Positions 41,150 to 51,104 are shown, counted from the first letter of the stretch. The stretch: DNA of 64,000 bases from Candidatus Hadarchaeales archaeon (GCA_038851755.1 JAWCKR010000005.1:14409-78408), one strand, 5' to 3'. The notes: a model not told the origin generated them from the sequence alone. Numbers and translations are program-made.

Positions 41150-42240
41150 TCCTTCCTCCCTCCGGGGTTCTCCCTGAACCACTCCATGGCCTCCTTAAAG
41201 AAGTCTTCCCCTCCCACGGGTCTGAGCTCGAACTCGTTCCCCCTCTCGCGGTACCTCTCCGCCACCCTCTCCGGATCCGCCTGCTCCGGAGCGAAGCCCT
41301 TCAGCTCCTCCTTCTCCAGGGGCATGGAGATGAGCCCCGTCCGGTGATGCATGGAGTAGGGCGCCCTCACGTCCCCCATGGGCTTCATCACGGAGGGATC
41401 GAAGAGCACCTTCCCCTTCCTCCTCTCCTTGTGGGCCACATCAGAGGTGGTGAGGCCTGGAAGCTGCTGGGAAACCTCGAACTCCAGGAAGCGGATGAGG
41501 TCCGCGTAGAAGCTGAAGAGGTTCCTCTCCCTCTTGCCCGCCTGCAGCTCCAGCGGGCGGTAACCCTCGGGAAGCCCGTGGGGCCTGAAGCTCGCCCAGA
41601 GCTGGAAGCCCCTTGAACCGCTGTACTTCAGTCTGGGCTCCAGACCGAAGTCCTCCATCCTCTTCAGGGTGACCTCCACCACCTTCCTCACCTCCCTCTC
41701 CGGCACTTCCTTCCCCGCATCCAGGTCCAGCACGAACCAGTCGGGGCGGTCGGAGTTCACGGAGTGGATGTAGGGTATGAAGTCTATGCCATGGAGGTCC
41801 AGCCACCTCTGCAGGTCGGAGGGGCTCCTGAGGGTGATGTATCTGGGCCCCATCTTCCTCTGCAGCCACGCCCTCCCGGTGAAGAGCCTGAAGACGGAAA
41901 CCCACCTTCCCCTGCAGAACTCCAGCAGGGTGGGCGCCACCACGGGATAGTAGCGCTTGGCCCTGTAGACCTTCAGGTAGTCCTGGTTCAGCTCCTCCCG
42001 GATCTCCCTCCACCTGCGCTCGAAGTACTCCCTCCCCTCCTCCGTAAGGGCGTAACCCTCGCCCTCCCTCCTCACCAGGCCCTCCTCCGCCAGTTCCTCC
42101 AGGAGACCGGAAACCTCCCTCTCCGAAAGCTCCCTTCCGGTATCGCGGCTCACCTTCTCCCTTATGTGCTCCAGGTCCACCAGCTTTCCCTTCGGCTTTA
42201 TCGCCAGCGTCATCAGGATGTGGTCCCTTGGCCCCGCCAT
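41146..42240 (-). CDS. LigD-type primase-polymerase (AEP) with N-terminal winged helix
   Basis: PDWFVLDLDAG (DxD), KYSGSRGFQ, RKGKVLFD, VRAPYS, ISMPL. Confidence 0.8.
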   Translation of the reverse strand: MAGPRDHILMTLAIKPKGKLVDLEHIREKVSRDTGRELSEREVSGLLEELAEEGLVRREGEGYALTEEGREYFERRWREIREELNQDYLKVYRAKRYYPVVAPTLLEFCRGRWVSVFRLFTGRAWLQRKMGPRYITLRSPSDLQRWLDLHGIDFIPYIHSVNSDRPDWFVLDLDAGKEVPEREVRKVVEVTLKRMEDFGLEPRLKYSGSRGFQLWASFRPHGLPEGYRPLELQAGKRERNLFSFYADLIRFLEFEVSQQLPGLTTSDVAHKERRKGKVLFDPSVMKPMGDVRAPYSMHHRTGLISMPLEKEELKGFAPEQADPERVAERYRERGNEFELRPVGGEDFFKEAMEWFRENPGGRKE

Positions 42241-42256
42241 GTCGGCTCCAGAGGGA

Positions 42257-42421
42257 TCAGAGCTCGGCCAGCTTCCTGCCCAGCAGCTTCTCGGCGCAGT
42301 CCTGGCAGAAGAACCTGGCCTTGGCCTCCCCGGGGACCACCACCTTCAGGTAACCGGCGCCGTAGCTCATGAGCTGGATCTGCTTCCCGCAGGACTTGCA
42401 CTTCGGCCCCTTGGCGCGCAT
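42257..42421 (-). CDS. 54-aa zinc-finger microprotein
   Basis: Hand translation MRAKGPKCKSCGKQIQLMSYGAGYLKVVVPGEAKARFFCQDCAEKLLGRKLAEL; purine-rich SD. Confidence 0.7.
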   Translation of the reverse strand: MRAKGPKCKSCGKQIQLMSYGAGYLKVVVPGEAKARFFCQDCAEKLLGRKLAEL

Positions 42422-42492
42422 CCTCCCTTTCCTCCTCCCCTTAAATCAGCTTTTCCCCCTCCCCAAGATAAAAGCTCCCCCTCCCAGAGTTC

Positions 42493-43185
42493 ATGGTGCT
42501 TCCCATCCTCAGACCCCGCGGCGCGGTGAACCTGAACCAGCTGATAAAAATCCAGCGCAGAGTGGCCGAGAAAGTCAGTACCGTGGACGGGTGGAAAAGG
42601 CTCGAGAGGGTGGCGGGGCTTGACCTGGCCTACGCGGGAAAGGACCGGGGATACTCCTCCTGCGTGGTGCTGGACCTCACCACCCTCGAGGTGCTGGAGC
42701 AGAGGGTGAAAAAGGTCAGGATAAGGTTCCCCTACCTCCCCACCTTCCTGGCCTTCAGGGAGCTGGAGGGGATGCTGGAGGTGGCCAGGGGGGTGGAAGC
42801 GGACGTGTACATGGTGGACGGGCACGGGGTGGCCCATCCCAGGAGGGCTGGACTGGCCTCCCACCTGGGGGTGGTGCTGGACAAGCCTGCGCTGGGGGTG
42901 GCGAAGTCCAGGCTCTGCGGCGAAGGGGAGGACCCCCCCCTCCGCAGGGGTGGATGCTCCCTGCTGAGGGAAGGGGGGGAGGTGGTGGGGGCCGCGGTGA
43001 GGACCAGGACAGGCGCGAAACCCGTGTACGTGAGCGTGGGACACAGGCTCTCCCTCCGAACGGCCATAGAGCTCACGCTCAGGACCTCCCCCTCTTTCAG
43101 GATACCACAGCCCCTCAGGCTGGCCCACCTTCTAGCCACCCTCAAAGCTTCGAGGAGAGCTGTGGAAGGGTTCGGCCACCTTTGA
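42493..43185 (+). CDS. nfi: Endonuclease V
   Basis: AGLDLAY, PYLPTFLAFRE, VDGHGVAHPRRAGLASH, GVAKS, VSVGH. Confidence 0.95.
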   Translation: MVLPILRPRGAVNLNQLIKIQRRVAEKVSTVDGWKRLERVAGLDLAYAGKDRGYSSCVVLDLTTLEVLEQRVKKVRIRFPYLPTFLAFRELEGMLEVARGVEADVYMVDGHGVAHPRRAGLASHLGVVLDKPALGVAKSRLCGEGEDPPLRRGGCSLLREGGEVVGAAVRTRTGAKPVYVSVGHRLSLRTAIELTLRTSPSFRIPQPLRLAHLLATLKASRRAVEGFGHL

Positions 43186-43188
43186 AAA

Positions 43189-43501
43189 GGCGGCGGGCGC
43201 GCCGAAGGTGGACGCCTTCGCCGCGCACCGTTGACCGGCCCCTCAGGCTCCATCCCGCTTTCCGCAAGCGCCGAACGTCCTGCCCACCCTTGCTGACTTC
43301 CGCCCCTGGGGGGTTCAGCAGGCAAGGGAGGTTCTCCCCGGCCCTCCGGTCGGGGCCCCTCCGCCGCCGACCCTGCGGGGCGGGACTTCCGCGCCCGGAA
43401 CCGGGCGGTGCGAGGTTCCAGCGCCGCCCCCCGGCTTCGGCCCGGCGTGTAGCGGATTTCCGGTCACAGGGGACCGCTAGCCCCCCGCCTAGCCCGCCGC
43501 C
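43189..43501 (-). ncRNA. ffs: Archaeal 7S signal recognition particle RNA
   Basis: Paired termini GGCGGCGGGC/GCCCGCCGCC, Alu-domain CTAGGCGGGGGGCTAGCGGTCCCCTGTGACC, helix-8 CCAGG..GGAA..AGCAA, ~313 nt, 3' T-run. Confidence 0.93.
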
Positions 43502-43538
43502 ATTTAAAGAGTGGTTCCCCCACCTTATCAATTTTGGT

Positions 43539-44735
43539 TTACAGGAGGGAGGGGAAGAGGTTCAGGAGGAGGATGAAGAGGAGGAAGAGGGAGAAGGAAT
43601 TGGAGAGCTGCCTGGCCCTCCTTTTCGACATCCTCAGCTCCAGCAGGCCCCTGAACATGTAGCCCCCGTCCAGGGGCACCAAGGGAAGGAGGTTGAACAT
43701 CCCTATGCCCAGGTTCAGGACGAAGATCCACTTCAGGAGGTCCACCAGCGGCCAGGGAACGGAGGGGGTGTAGAAGTAGCGGTGGAGGAGGGCGTAGGGG
43801 GGGAGGACGGGCCTTCCCAGCAGCTCGTTCACCATGAGGCCTAGCATGGAAACGGGATGGAGGAGCTCGAGGCGGGAGGGCGAGGAAACGGGCCATATCC
43901 CCAGACCCCCCCTGTTGTCCCTGTTGTCCGCCGTGACCAGGAGGTTCTCCTTCTCCGTCTCCAGGACCACGTTCTCCCCCGGTCTCAGGTTCTCCACCTC
44001 CCTGGCGTAGTCCTCCCAGGTGCGCAGGGGCTTGCCGTTCAGGGAGAGGAGGAGGGTGCCCAGCTCCAGGTTCTCGCAGGGTCCGTTCTCCCTCACCCCC
44101 CAAACGCGCACGCCCGGACGGGGGGAGAGGAGGAGGAAGAGCAGCAGGAAGACCAGGAGGCCCACCAGAACGTTGGCGAAGGGACCCGCCGCGAAGACGC
44201 GCAGCCTCTTCCTCAGGGGGGAGACGTTCAGCCTCTTCTCGTCGGGCTCCACGAAGGCCCCGGGTATGGCCACGAAGAGGAGGAGACCCATGGACTTAGC
44301 GGGGATGCCCTGGGCCCTCATCAGGAGGCCGTGGGAGACCTCGTGCACCAGGAGAACCACTGCCACCGAGATCAGCCACCAGTAGACGGTGAGACCGGGG
44401 ATGACACCGGGGAGCACGAACCTGGCCCCGGCCACGGACAGCTCGGGCCTCCGCAGGATGAGGTAGGCGTTGAGGAGGAGGTTGAGGAGGACGAAGAACA
44501 TGAGGAGGAGGCCCACCCAGACCCCCACCTCTCCGAACCGAACCCATCCCGTCCTTCGGCGTCGCGCGGCGCGGTCGATGAGGCTGAGGCCCCTCTCGGT
44601 CCTCCAGAGGAGCATACCCCCCTCCAGGGAGAACCCGTACCTCTTCAGCCCCCACTCCCGGTAAAGGAGGAGGAAGACCGCCCAGAAGAAGCCCAGCCCA
44701 AGGAGAAACAGGAGAAGGTGCTGTGAGGGATCCAT
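43539..44735 (-). CDS. Site-2 protease (M50) with PDZ-like region
   Basis: HEVSH, GAFVEPDE, AAGPFAN, NLLPLVPLDGG. Confidence 0.94.
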   Translation of the reverse strand: MDPSQHLLLFLLGLGFFWAVFLLLYREWGLKRYGFSLEGGMLLWRTERGLSLIDRAARRRRTGWVRFGEVGVWVGLLLMFFVLLNLLLNAYLILRRPELSVAGARFVLPGVIPGLTVYWWLISVAVVLLVHEVSHGLLMRAQGIPAKSMGLLLFVAIPGAFVEPDEKRLNVSPLRKRLRVFAAGPFANVLVGLLVFLLLFLLLSPRPGVRVWGVRENGPCENLELGTLLLSLNGKPLRTWEDYAREVENLRPGENVVLETEKENLLVTADNRDNRGGLGIWPVSSPSRLELLHPVSMLGLMVNELLGRPVLPPYALLHRYFYTPSVPWPLVDLLKWIFVLNLGIGMFNLLPLVPLDGGYMFRGLLELRMSKRRARQLSNSFSLFLLFILLLNLFPSLL

Positions 44736-44802
44736 CCTTTCCCCTCTCCCCTCCCCTCGTATAAGCCCACCCCAACCCTAATACTTCTGGGGTCGGAGTG
44801 GA

Positions 44803-45108
44803 ATGATGTATGTGCTCCTCACCACCGTGGACGAAAGGAGGAAGGCCGAAGAGCTGGCGAGGAGGGTGGTGGAGGAGAAGCTGGCCTCCTGCGTGACCGT
44901 GCTCCCGGGCGCCAAATCTTTCTACTTCTGGAAGGGAAAGAGGGAGGAGGCGGGGGAGCTCCTGCTCCTGATGAAGACCCTCAGTCCCAGGAAGCTGATG
45001 AGGAGGCTGAAGGAGATCCACCCCTACGAGGTGCCCGAGCTGCTGGTCCTCAAGGCCTCCGCGGTCTCGGAGGAGTACCTGCGATGGGCAAGAGAAGCGG
45101 TGGGGTGA
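44803..45108 (+). CDS. cutA: Divalent-cation tolerance protein CutA
   Basis: KLASCV, SFYFWKG, HPYEVPE, YLRW. Confidence 0.93.
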   Translation: MMYVLLTTVDERRKAEELARRVVEEKLASCVTVLPGAKSFYFWKGKREEAGELLLLMKTLSPRKLMRRLKEIHPYEVPELLVLKASAVSEEYLRWAREAVG

Positions 45109-45818
45109 ACCCGGCCTCCCCGAAGGCCGACAGGAGGGAGGTGATCTACCCTCCCAAGAGATGGGAGTTGCTGAAGGGGCTGAGGGAGAGGGCGCTGGAG
45201 GTGATGGAGGCCCTCTCGAGGAGGGGGATGGAGGCGCTGGCGCACGGAAGCCTGGCCAGGGGTGACGTGGAGGAGGATAGCGACATCGACCTCTTCCTTC
45301 CCCAGCCCTTCCCCTCCTACCTGGTGGAGACGGCCCTGTTGGAGACGGGCCTCGCTCCCGAGCGGAGGGAACTGGTGATGGCCACACCCTGGCAGCTTCC
45401 CAAGGCCCACCTCCACCTGGATGAGCGAACCGTGGTCACCTTTCCCCTCCTGAAACCCAGACCCCTGGAGCTGGAGTTCTACCACTTCGGGGGCGCGCTT
45501 GAGAGAGAGGGCCTGGGCAGGGGAGAGAGGGTACCGGGAGTGGACAAGAGGCTCATGCTCATCGAGCCCACCCCTTCGGGGCACGTGGAGAGCCCGGTGA
45601 AGGGAAGGGAAGGGGAGGTGGCCAAGAGGCTGGGCGTGAGCTTGGAGATCGTGAGGGAGAGGGTACAGGTGCTCACCGCCAGAAAGGAGGAAGGGCACAC
45701 GGGTCTCTTCCTCAGAAGGGAGCTTTCGCCTTCCGAGAGCTTCGAGGAGGTCTTCGACTCCCTGGCCCGCTCCCATTCCTTCCTGAGGCTGAGGCTCAAG
45801 CCCGGGAAGCCTCGGTGA
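45105..45818 (+). CDS. Archaeal nucleotidyltransferase-domain protein
   Basis: HGSLARGDVEEDSDID, EFYHFGG, RVPGVDKRL, GHTGLF. Confidence 0.85.
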   Translation: MNPASPKADRREVIYPPKRWELLKGLRERALEVMEALSRRGMEALAHGSLARGDVEEDSDIDLFLPQPFPSYLVETALLETGLAPERRELVMATPWQLPKAHLHLDERTVVTFPLLKPRPLELEFYHFGGALEREGLGRGERVPGVDKRLMLIEPTPSGHVESPVKGREGEVAKRLGVSLEIVRERVQVLTARKEEGHTGLFLRRELSPSESFEEVFDSLARSHSFLRLRLKPGKPR

Positions 45819-47370
45819 GGCGGGAGATGACGAAGTCCCTCTCCATGGCGGAAAGGAAGTTCCCCACCCTGGGCCCCGCTTCCCTACCTATGAAGACCAG
45901 GTAGAGGGCCTTGAAGAGCTCCGGGGGATCCATCCCCAGTTCCCTAGCCACCTCGTAGACCCTGTTGTGGAGGGCCACGGGGTCGTACTCCCTCTCCCTC
46001 AGGTCGGAAGCCAGCTGGGAGAGGGCCCTCCTCTGCACCTCCGTGAGCCTCCCCCTCACCTCCTCCGGCAGGACCTCCAGCACCCTGAACCTCATCCACT
46101 CCGGGGCGTACTCCTCCGCCCACCTCCTGGCCCTCCTGAGCCTGGCCAGGGCCCGCTTCACGTCCTCCTCCTCCGGCCGTACCAGGAAACCCCTCTCCCT
46201 CATGATTTCCAGTCCCCTCTCCTCCTTCTCCCCCACCACCTGGCTCAGGACCGCCGCGAACCTGAAGGGGACGCGCTGGGGCTTCCCGGCGGGGACTTTC
46301 CCCACCTGGGAGAGCTCGTAGATCCTGGAGAGCTGCTCCTCCCTCTTCCCCTCCCCACCGGAGAAGTAGACCTCCTCTACCCTGTCGTACTCGTCGTAGA
46401 GGTCCAGCAGGGGGAGACCGGGATCGAAGGACTTGCTCTTCATGGCCTTGCTCCTGAAGATGAAGTACCTGAGGAGCTCCGGCTCGGCTATCGAGAGCCA
46501 CTGGGAGAGGGTGAAGACCACCCCCCTGGAGGAGGACATGCGCTTCCCCGACAGGCTCACCCACTCGTAGGGGATGGGATAGGGGGCGGGCCAGCCGAAG
46601 ATCCTCTCCGCAATCTCCTTCCCCGTCTCGTAGCTGCCCCCTTTCACCGCGTGGTCCTTCCCGAAGGGCTCGCAGGTCACGCCCAACAGCTTCCACCTGG
46701 CCGGCCACTCCACCCTCCAGGTGAGCTTACCCTCCCCCTTCGTGTAGTCCGCCTTCCCCTCGTGCCCGCATCCCCCCACGTAAGTGCAACCCTCGCACAC
46801 GTACTTCACGTAGTCACCAGACCACGCGTACGCCCTGGTGGTGGAGATCCTGCCGCAGTTCTCGCAGAGGGGATCGTAGGGGAGCCATCCCTCCGGGAGG
46901 GGCTTGTCCCGGTGCCGGTTGAGGATTCCCCTTATCTCCTCCGCCCTCTCCAGGGAGAGCCTTATCAGGGGTGCCATTCTTCCGCTCCGGTAGACCTCGC
47001 TCCCCCTCATCACCTTCAGCCTGAGGCCGAACTCCTTGAAGGAGGCTATGAAGTCACGGGAGAAGTAGTCCACAAAATCCTCGAAACCCTCCTCGGGAGA
47101 GGGAAGCGTGGCGTAGGGCATCCCCAGGTACTTCTGGTAGGAGGGGGGCAGTGGCCAGGGGACCCGGCGGAGGGGGTCGAAGTCGTCGGCATACCAGACG
47201 GCCTCGGCCTCGCCCCCCCTCTCCTCTATCGACCTCCTCACTCCGTCCGCGATGAACACGTCGTTGGAGTGCCCTATGTGGATGTGTCCGGAGATGGAGA
47301 TCCCGCTCGCCACCAGGTGCTTCTTCCCCCGGGCCAGGAGTTCCTCCGCCACCTCGTCGATCCAGTGCAT
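45796..47370 (-). CDS. lysS: Lysyl-tRNA synthetase, class I
   Basis: MHW, SGHIHIGH, WRVEWPARW, EPFGKDH, RMSSS, GPR. Confidence 0.96.
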   Translation of the reverse strand: MHWIDEVAEELLARGKKHLVASGISISGHIHIGHSNDVFIADGVRRSIEERGGEAEAVWYADDFDPLRRVPWPLPPSYQKYLGMPYATLPSPEEGFEDFVDYFSRDFIASFKEFGLRLKVMRGSEVYRSGRMAPLIRLSLERAEEIRGILNRHRDKPLPEGWLPYDPLCENCGRISTTRAYAWSGDYVKYVCEGCTYVGGCGHEGKADYTKGEGKLTWRVEWPARWKLLGVTCEPFGKDHAVKGGSYETGKEIAERIFGWPAPYPIPYEWVSLSGKRMSSSRGVVFTLSQWLSIAEPELLRYFIFRSKAMKSKSFDPGLPLLDLYDEYDRVEEVYFSGGEGKREEQLSRIYELSQVGKVPAGKPQRVPFRFAAVLSQVVGEKEERGLEIMRERGFLVRPEEEDVKRALARLRRARRWAEEYAPEWMRFRVLEVLPEEVRGRLTEVQRRALSQLASDLREREYDPVALHNRVYEVARELGMDPPELFKALYLVFIGREAGPRVGNFLSAMERDFVISRLTEASRA

Positions 47371-47405
47371 CCGCAAGATTTTATTCGCGCCCTCTAAAAG
47401 GTGCT

Positions 47406-48563
47406 GTGTCACCCAGACCCGCGGAGAGGATGAAAAACATACCTCCCTCCAGCACCCTCAGGGTGCTCTCCCTGGCCAAGCGGCTGGAGAGGGAGGGAAG
47501 GAAGATCCTCCACCTGGAGGTGGGGGAGCCCGACTTCGACACCCCGGATCACGTGAAGAGGGCCGCCTGGGAAGCCCTGCAGAGGGGGATGACCAAGTAC
47601 ACGCCCTCGGAGGGGCTGCCCGAACTGAGGGAGGCCGTGGCGGAGAGGGTGGGAGCGGAAGCTGGGAACGTGCTGATCACCCCAGGGGCCAAGCACGCCA
47701 TCTTCTGCGCCATGGAGGCCATCCTGGACCCCGGGGAGGAGGTAATCCTTCCCTCCCCCTGCTGGACCTACGACGGCATCGTGCTGAGCGCGGGGGGCAG
47801 GCCTGTCTTCCTGGAGACGAGGATGGAGGAGGGCTTCAGGGTGGATCCGGGGAGGCTGGAGAGGGCGCTCACCCCCAGGACCAAGCTCCTCGTCCTCAAC
47901 TCCCCCTCCAACCCCACGGGGGCCGTGCTGGACGAGGAGAACCTCAGGGCCATCCTGGAGCTGGCCAGGGAAAGAAACCTCTGGATCCTCACGGACGAGA
48001 TCTACGACCACCTGGTCTACGAGGGGAAGAGCGCCAGCCTCCTCTCCCTCGCGGGCTCCCTGGAGGGCATCGTCTACATCAACGGCTTCTCCAAGACCTA
48101 CGCCATGACGGGCTGGAGGCTGGGATACGCGGTGGCGCCCAAGGAGCTGGTGGCGGAGATGAACAAGATCCAGCAGGCCTCCACCTCCTGCGTCCCTGGC
48201 TTCGTGCAGGTGGCGGGGCTGGAGGCCCTCAGGGGACCCCAGGACTTCGTGGAGAGGATGAGGGAGGAGTTCCGGAGGAGGAGGGACTTCCTGGTGAAGG
48301 GGCTCTCCTCCCTGGGCCTGAGGTGCCTGCCACCCCAGGGGGCCTTCTACGTCTTCCCCCGCCTGCCCGAGGGGATGGGGGACTCCACCCGCTTCTGCGA
48401 GCTGCTTCTGGAGAAGGCCGGGATAGCCTCCGTCCCTGGAGCGGGTTTCGGGCCCTTCGGGGAGGGCCATGTGAGGTTCAGCTTCGCCTGCTCCATGGAG
48501 GTGCTCAGGGAGACCCTGGAGAAGCTTGGTGAGTTCCTGAGGAACCTCCGTACCCGAGGGTGA
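47406..48563 (+). CDS. PLP-dependent class I/II (aspartate) aminotransferase
   Basis: GEPDF, NSPSNPTG, DEIY, FSKTYAMTGWRLG. Confidence 0.93.
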   Translation: MSPRPAERMKNIPPSSTLRVLSLAKRLEREGRKILHLEVGEPDFDTPDHVKRAAWEALQRGMTKYTPSEGLPELREAVAERVGAEAGNVLITPGAKHAIFCAMEAILDPGEEVILPSPCWTYDGIVLSAGGRPVFLETRMEEGFRVDPGRLERALTPRTKLLVLNSPSNPTGAVLDEENLRAILELARERNLWILTDEIYDHLVYEGKSASLLSLAGSLEGIVYINGFSKTYAMTGWRLGYAVAPKELVAEMNKIQQASTSCVPGFVQVAGLEALRGPQDFVERMREEFRRRRDFLVKGLSSLGLRCLPPQGAFYVFPRLPEGMGDSTRFCELLLEKAGIASVPGAGFGPFGEGHVRFSFACSMEVLRETLEKLGEFLRNLRTRG

Positions 48564-49182
48564 GGAGCTCCCTGATCCTCCTCGCCTTGACCCTTCCTAT
48601 CCCCCTCACCTTCCTCAGCTCCCCCTCCGAGGCCCTCATCACCGCCTCCACCGTCCCGAAGTGCTGGAGGAGCCTCTCGGCCAGCACGGAGGAAACCCCC
48701 GGAAGCCCCTCCACCACGAACCTCTGCTGAAGGGAAAGGGGAAGACCCTCCCTCTTCCTCCTCAACGGGGGGAGCCTCCTCCTCTCCTCCCTCTCCCTCC
48801 TGGTGAGGAGCCAGAGGAGGGAGGCGGTCTGGGAGCAGTTCCTGGTCCTGAGCACGGGTATCCCCAGATCCATGACCAGGTGGAGCATCGCCCCCTGCAC
48901 CGCGTGGGGGTGGAGCTTCCCCAGCTCCTCCGGGGCTTCCTCACCCTCCACCACCAGCACCGGCCTCTCAAACTTTTCCCTCATCCTCCTGGCCTGGTCC
49001 ATCAGCCTGCCGTCCACGATCGACCTCACGAAGTCCCTCACGCTCTTCCTCTCCACGACCACCCTGTCGCTCACCACGAAGTCTCCCACCTCCAGCCTGC
49101 TCACCTCGGGCTCCACGCCCCTCTTCCTCAGCTCCCTCTCCAGCTCCCCTCCAAGCTCCTGCCTGTCCGCCAGTATCCTCAG
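48505..49182 (-). CDS. xpf: XPF/ERCC4 structure-specific endonuclease with HhH2
   Basis: ADRQE, GDFVV, VERKSVRDF, DGRL, LPGVS, VRGIG; start apparently CTG at 49182. Confidence 0.88.
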   Translation of the reverse strand: MRILADRQELGGELERELRKRGVEPEVSRLEVGDFVVSDRVVVERKSVRDFVRSIVDGRLMDQARRMREKFERPVLVVEGEEAPEELGKLHPHAVQGAMLHLVMDLGIPVLRTRNCSQTASLLWLLTRREREERRRLPPLRRKREGLPLSLQQRFVVEGLPGVSSVLAERLLQHFGTVEAVMRASEGELRKVRGIGRVKARRIRELLTLGYGGSSGTHQASPGSP

Positions 49183-51104
49183 GCGCTCCGGAAGAACTCC
49201 TCCAGCCTCCTCCGTAGCTCTCCCTCCTCCACCCTCCTCAGCCTCTCCGCCATCCAGCCCGGCAGGCTCCCCCTCACGAAGGGGGAGAACACCCTCTCGT
49301 CCAGGAAGACGATGGCCGCCCTGTCGGAGAGGAGGCGGTGGGCCCTCCCGGCGGCCTGGGCCAGGCGCCGGTGGGCCGGAAGGTAGTACCCGTACCTCCT
49401 GCCAAGGCCGGGGAACTGGTCCTCCCAGTACTCCACCGTCCTCTCCAGACGCTTGCTCGGGGGTGCGTAGGGAATCCCGACCGCCACCACGGAGTCCATC
49501 TGGTGCCCCGGGTAGTCTCCCCCCTCCGCGTTCCTCCCTCCCATCACCCCCAGGAGAACCGCTCCACCCCTCTCCGCGCAGGACTTGAACTCCCTGATCT
49601 TCCTGTCGTTCTCCTCCGAGGAGCTCTCCCTCTCCTCCACGAGGAGGGGCTTGGAGAGGCCCTCCTCCAGACCCTCCTTCAGCAGCCCCTCCAGGACCTC
49701 GTAGCTGGCCGTGAAGACCCCCACGTTGCCCGGGGTGGCGGCCTCCACCTCCAGGATTGCCTTCACCATCCTCCGGTACATCCCGGGACCCCTGCTCTGC
49801 TCCCTGGTGGTGACTCCCCTCACCACCAGGGCGAGCACGTTCCCCGGGGGAAAGGGGGAGGAACACCTGAGCTTCAGGGAAGAGGGGAGGCCCACCACGT
49901 CGGCGTACGCCTCGAGGGGGGAGAGGGTGCCCGAGGTACAGACCACCGCCCTCGCCCTCTCGAAGACCGGGAGGGTGAGGAACCTGGGGTCCAGAGCCTG
50001 CACCTCCAGCACCGGCGTCCCGTCTCCCCTCACCGAAACGATCCTGAGGAACTCCTTCCTCCCCGCCGTCTCCGCCACCCACAGCAGGAACCTCCCCACC
50101 GCCCGCAGGTGGGACCTGGGCGCCCTTCCCTCCCTCAGCCTGAGCAGGACCATCCTCTCTCCAGCTTCCAGGAGGTGCTCCCCAGCCTCCCTCGCCCCTC
50201 CCAACCTCCTCCTCATTTCCTCCTCCAGCTCTCCCCCCTCCAGCACCCTCTCCTCACCCTCCCTCAACCCCCTGGAAAGCTCCCCCAGCACCTCCTCCAT
50301 TACCGAACAGAACTCCTCCGCCTCCCCGTCCTCCAGCTCGGAGGCCTCCCTCTCCCCCTGGAGGAGGGAGCCGAGCACCAGCCTCTCACTAGCCAGCTCC
50401 ACCGCCAGCTCGGGAAGGTTGTGGGCCTCATCGAAGACCACCGCCAGCTCGGGCAGGCCGGCCCCCAGGCCCTTGAGGAAGGGGGGGCGGATGGAGGGAT
50501 CGAGCAGGTAGAGGTAGCTGCAGGCCACCACCCTCATCTCTGGCATCAGACCCCTGGAGATCTCGTAAGGGCAGAGACCCTCCTCCTTGCACCGCGCGAG
50601 GAGCTCGCCAGCCGTGACCTGGTCCCCAGAGAACTCTGAAACCAGCTCCTCCCCCTTCCTCTCCAGCCTGTCGAAGAACTGGCACCTCCCCTCCTTCCTG
50701 AGAACGGTGCACAGGTGGGCCGCCTCTCCGGCCCCGGAGGTGAACCTCCTCAACAGGGGATGGAGGCACATCTCCCTCCTCCCCCTGAGGGACATCCCTG
50801 GGGCGTCAAGGCGGGAGGAGAGAGTTCTCAGTTCCTCCACCACCCTGTCCAGCTGACCGTGCGTTCTGGAGCAGTACACCACCTTGACACCCTCCAGCTC
50901 GGGGGAGGAGAGAAGACCGCAGAGGAGGGCCACCGTTTTTCCCATCCCGGTGGGGCCCTCCGCCACCAGCGGAGTGGACTCCCCCATGGCCCTCCTGACC
51001 GCCACCATCAGCTCCAGCTGGGGCTCCCTGATCTCCCGGTAGGGGAAGATCGAGAGCAGCTCGGGGTAGTCCCTCAGAGGGCTAGGTTGTAGACCAGAAT
51101 CCAT
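49179..51104 (-). CDS. xpd: XPD/Rad3-family Fe-S DNA helicase
   Basis: FPY..R..Q, GPTGMGKT, SRTHGQ, four Fe-S Cys, DEAHNL, SGTLSP, QAAGRAHR; start uncertain. Confidence 0.92.
   Translation of the reverse strand: MDSGLQPSPLRDYPELLSIFPYREIREPQLELMVAVRRAMGESTPLVAEGPTGMGKTVALLCGLLSSPELEGVKVVYCSRTHGQLDRVVEELRTLSSRLDAPGMSLRGRREMCLHPLLRRFTSGAGEAAHLCTVLRKEGRCQFFDRLERKGEELVSEFSGDQVTAGELLARCKEEGLCPYEISRGLMPEMRVVACSYLYLLDPSIRPPFLKGLGAGLPELAVVFDEAHNLPELAVELASERLVLGSLLQGEREASELEDGEAEEFCSVMEEVLGELSRGLREGEERVLEGGELEEEMRRRLGGAREAGEHLLEAGERMVLLRLREGRAPRSHLRAVGRFLLWVAETAGRKEFLRIVSVRGDGTPVLEVQALDPRFLTLPVFERARAVVCTSGTLSPLEAYADVVGLPSSLKLRCSSPFPPGNVLALVVRGVTTREQSRGPGMYRRMVKAILEVEAATPGNVGVFTASYEVLEGLLKEGLEEGLSKPLLVEERESSSEENDRKIREFKSCAERGGAVLLGVMGGRNAEGGDYPGHQMDSVVAVGIPYAPPSKRLERTVEYWEDQFPGLGRRYGYYLPAHRRLAQAAGRAHRLLSDRAAIVFLDERVFSPFVRGSLPGWMAERLRRVEEGELRRRLEEFFRSA

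Noticed and set aside
43142-43531. 129-aa minus-strand ORF and the GC-rich structured region as a novel RNA
   Set aside because: Explained by the 7S SRP RNA
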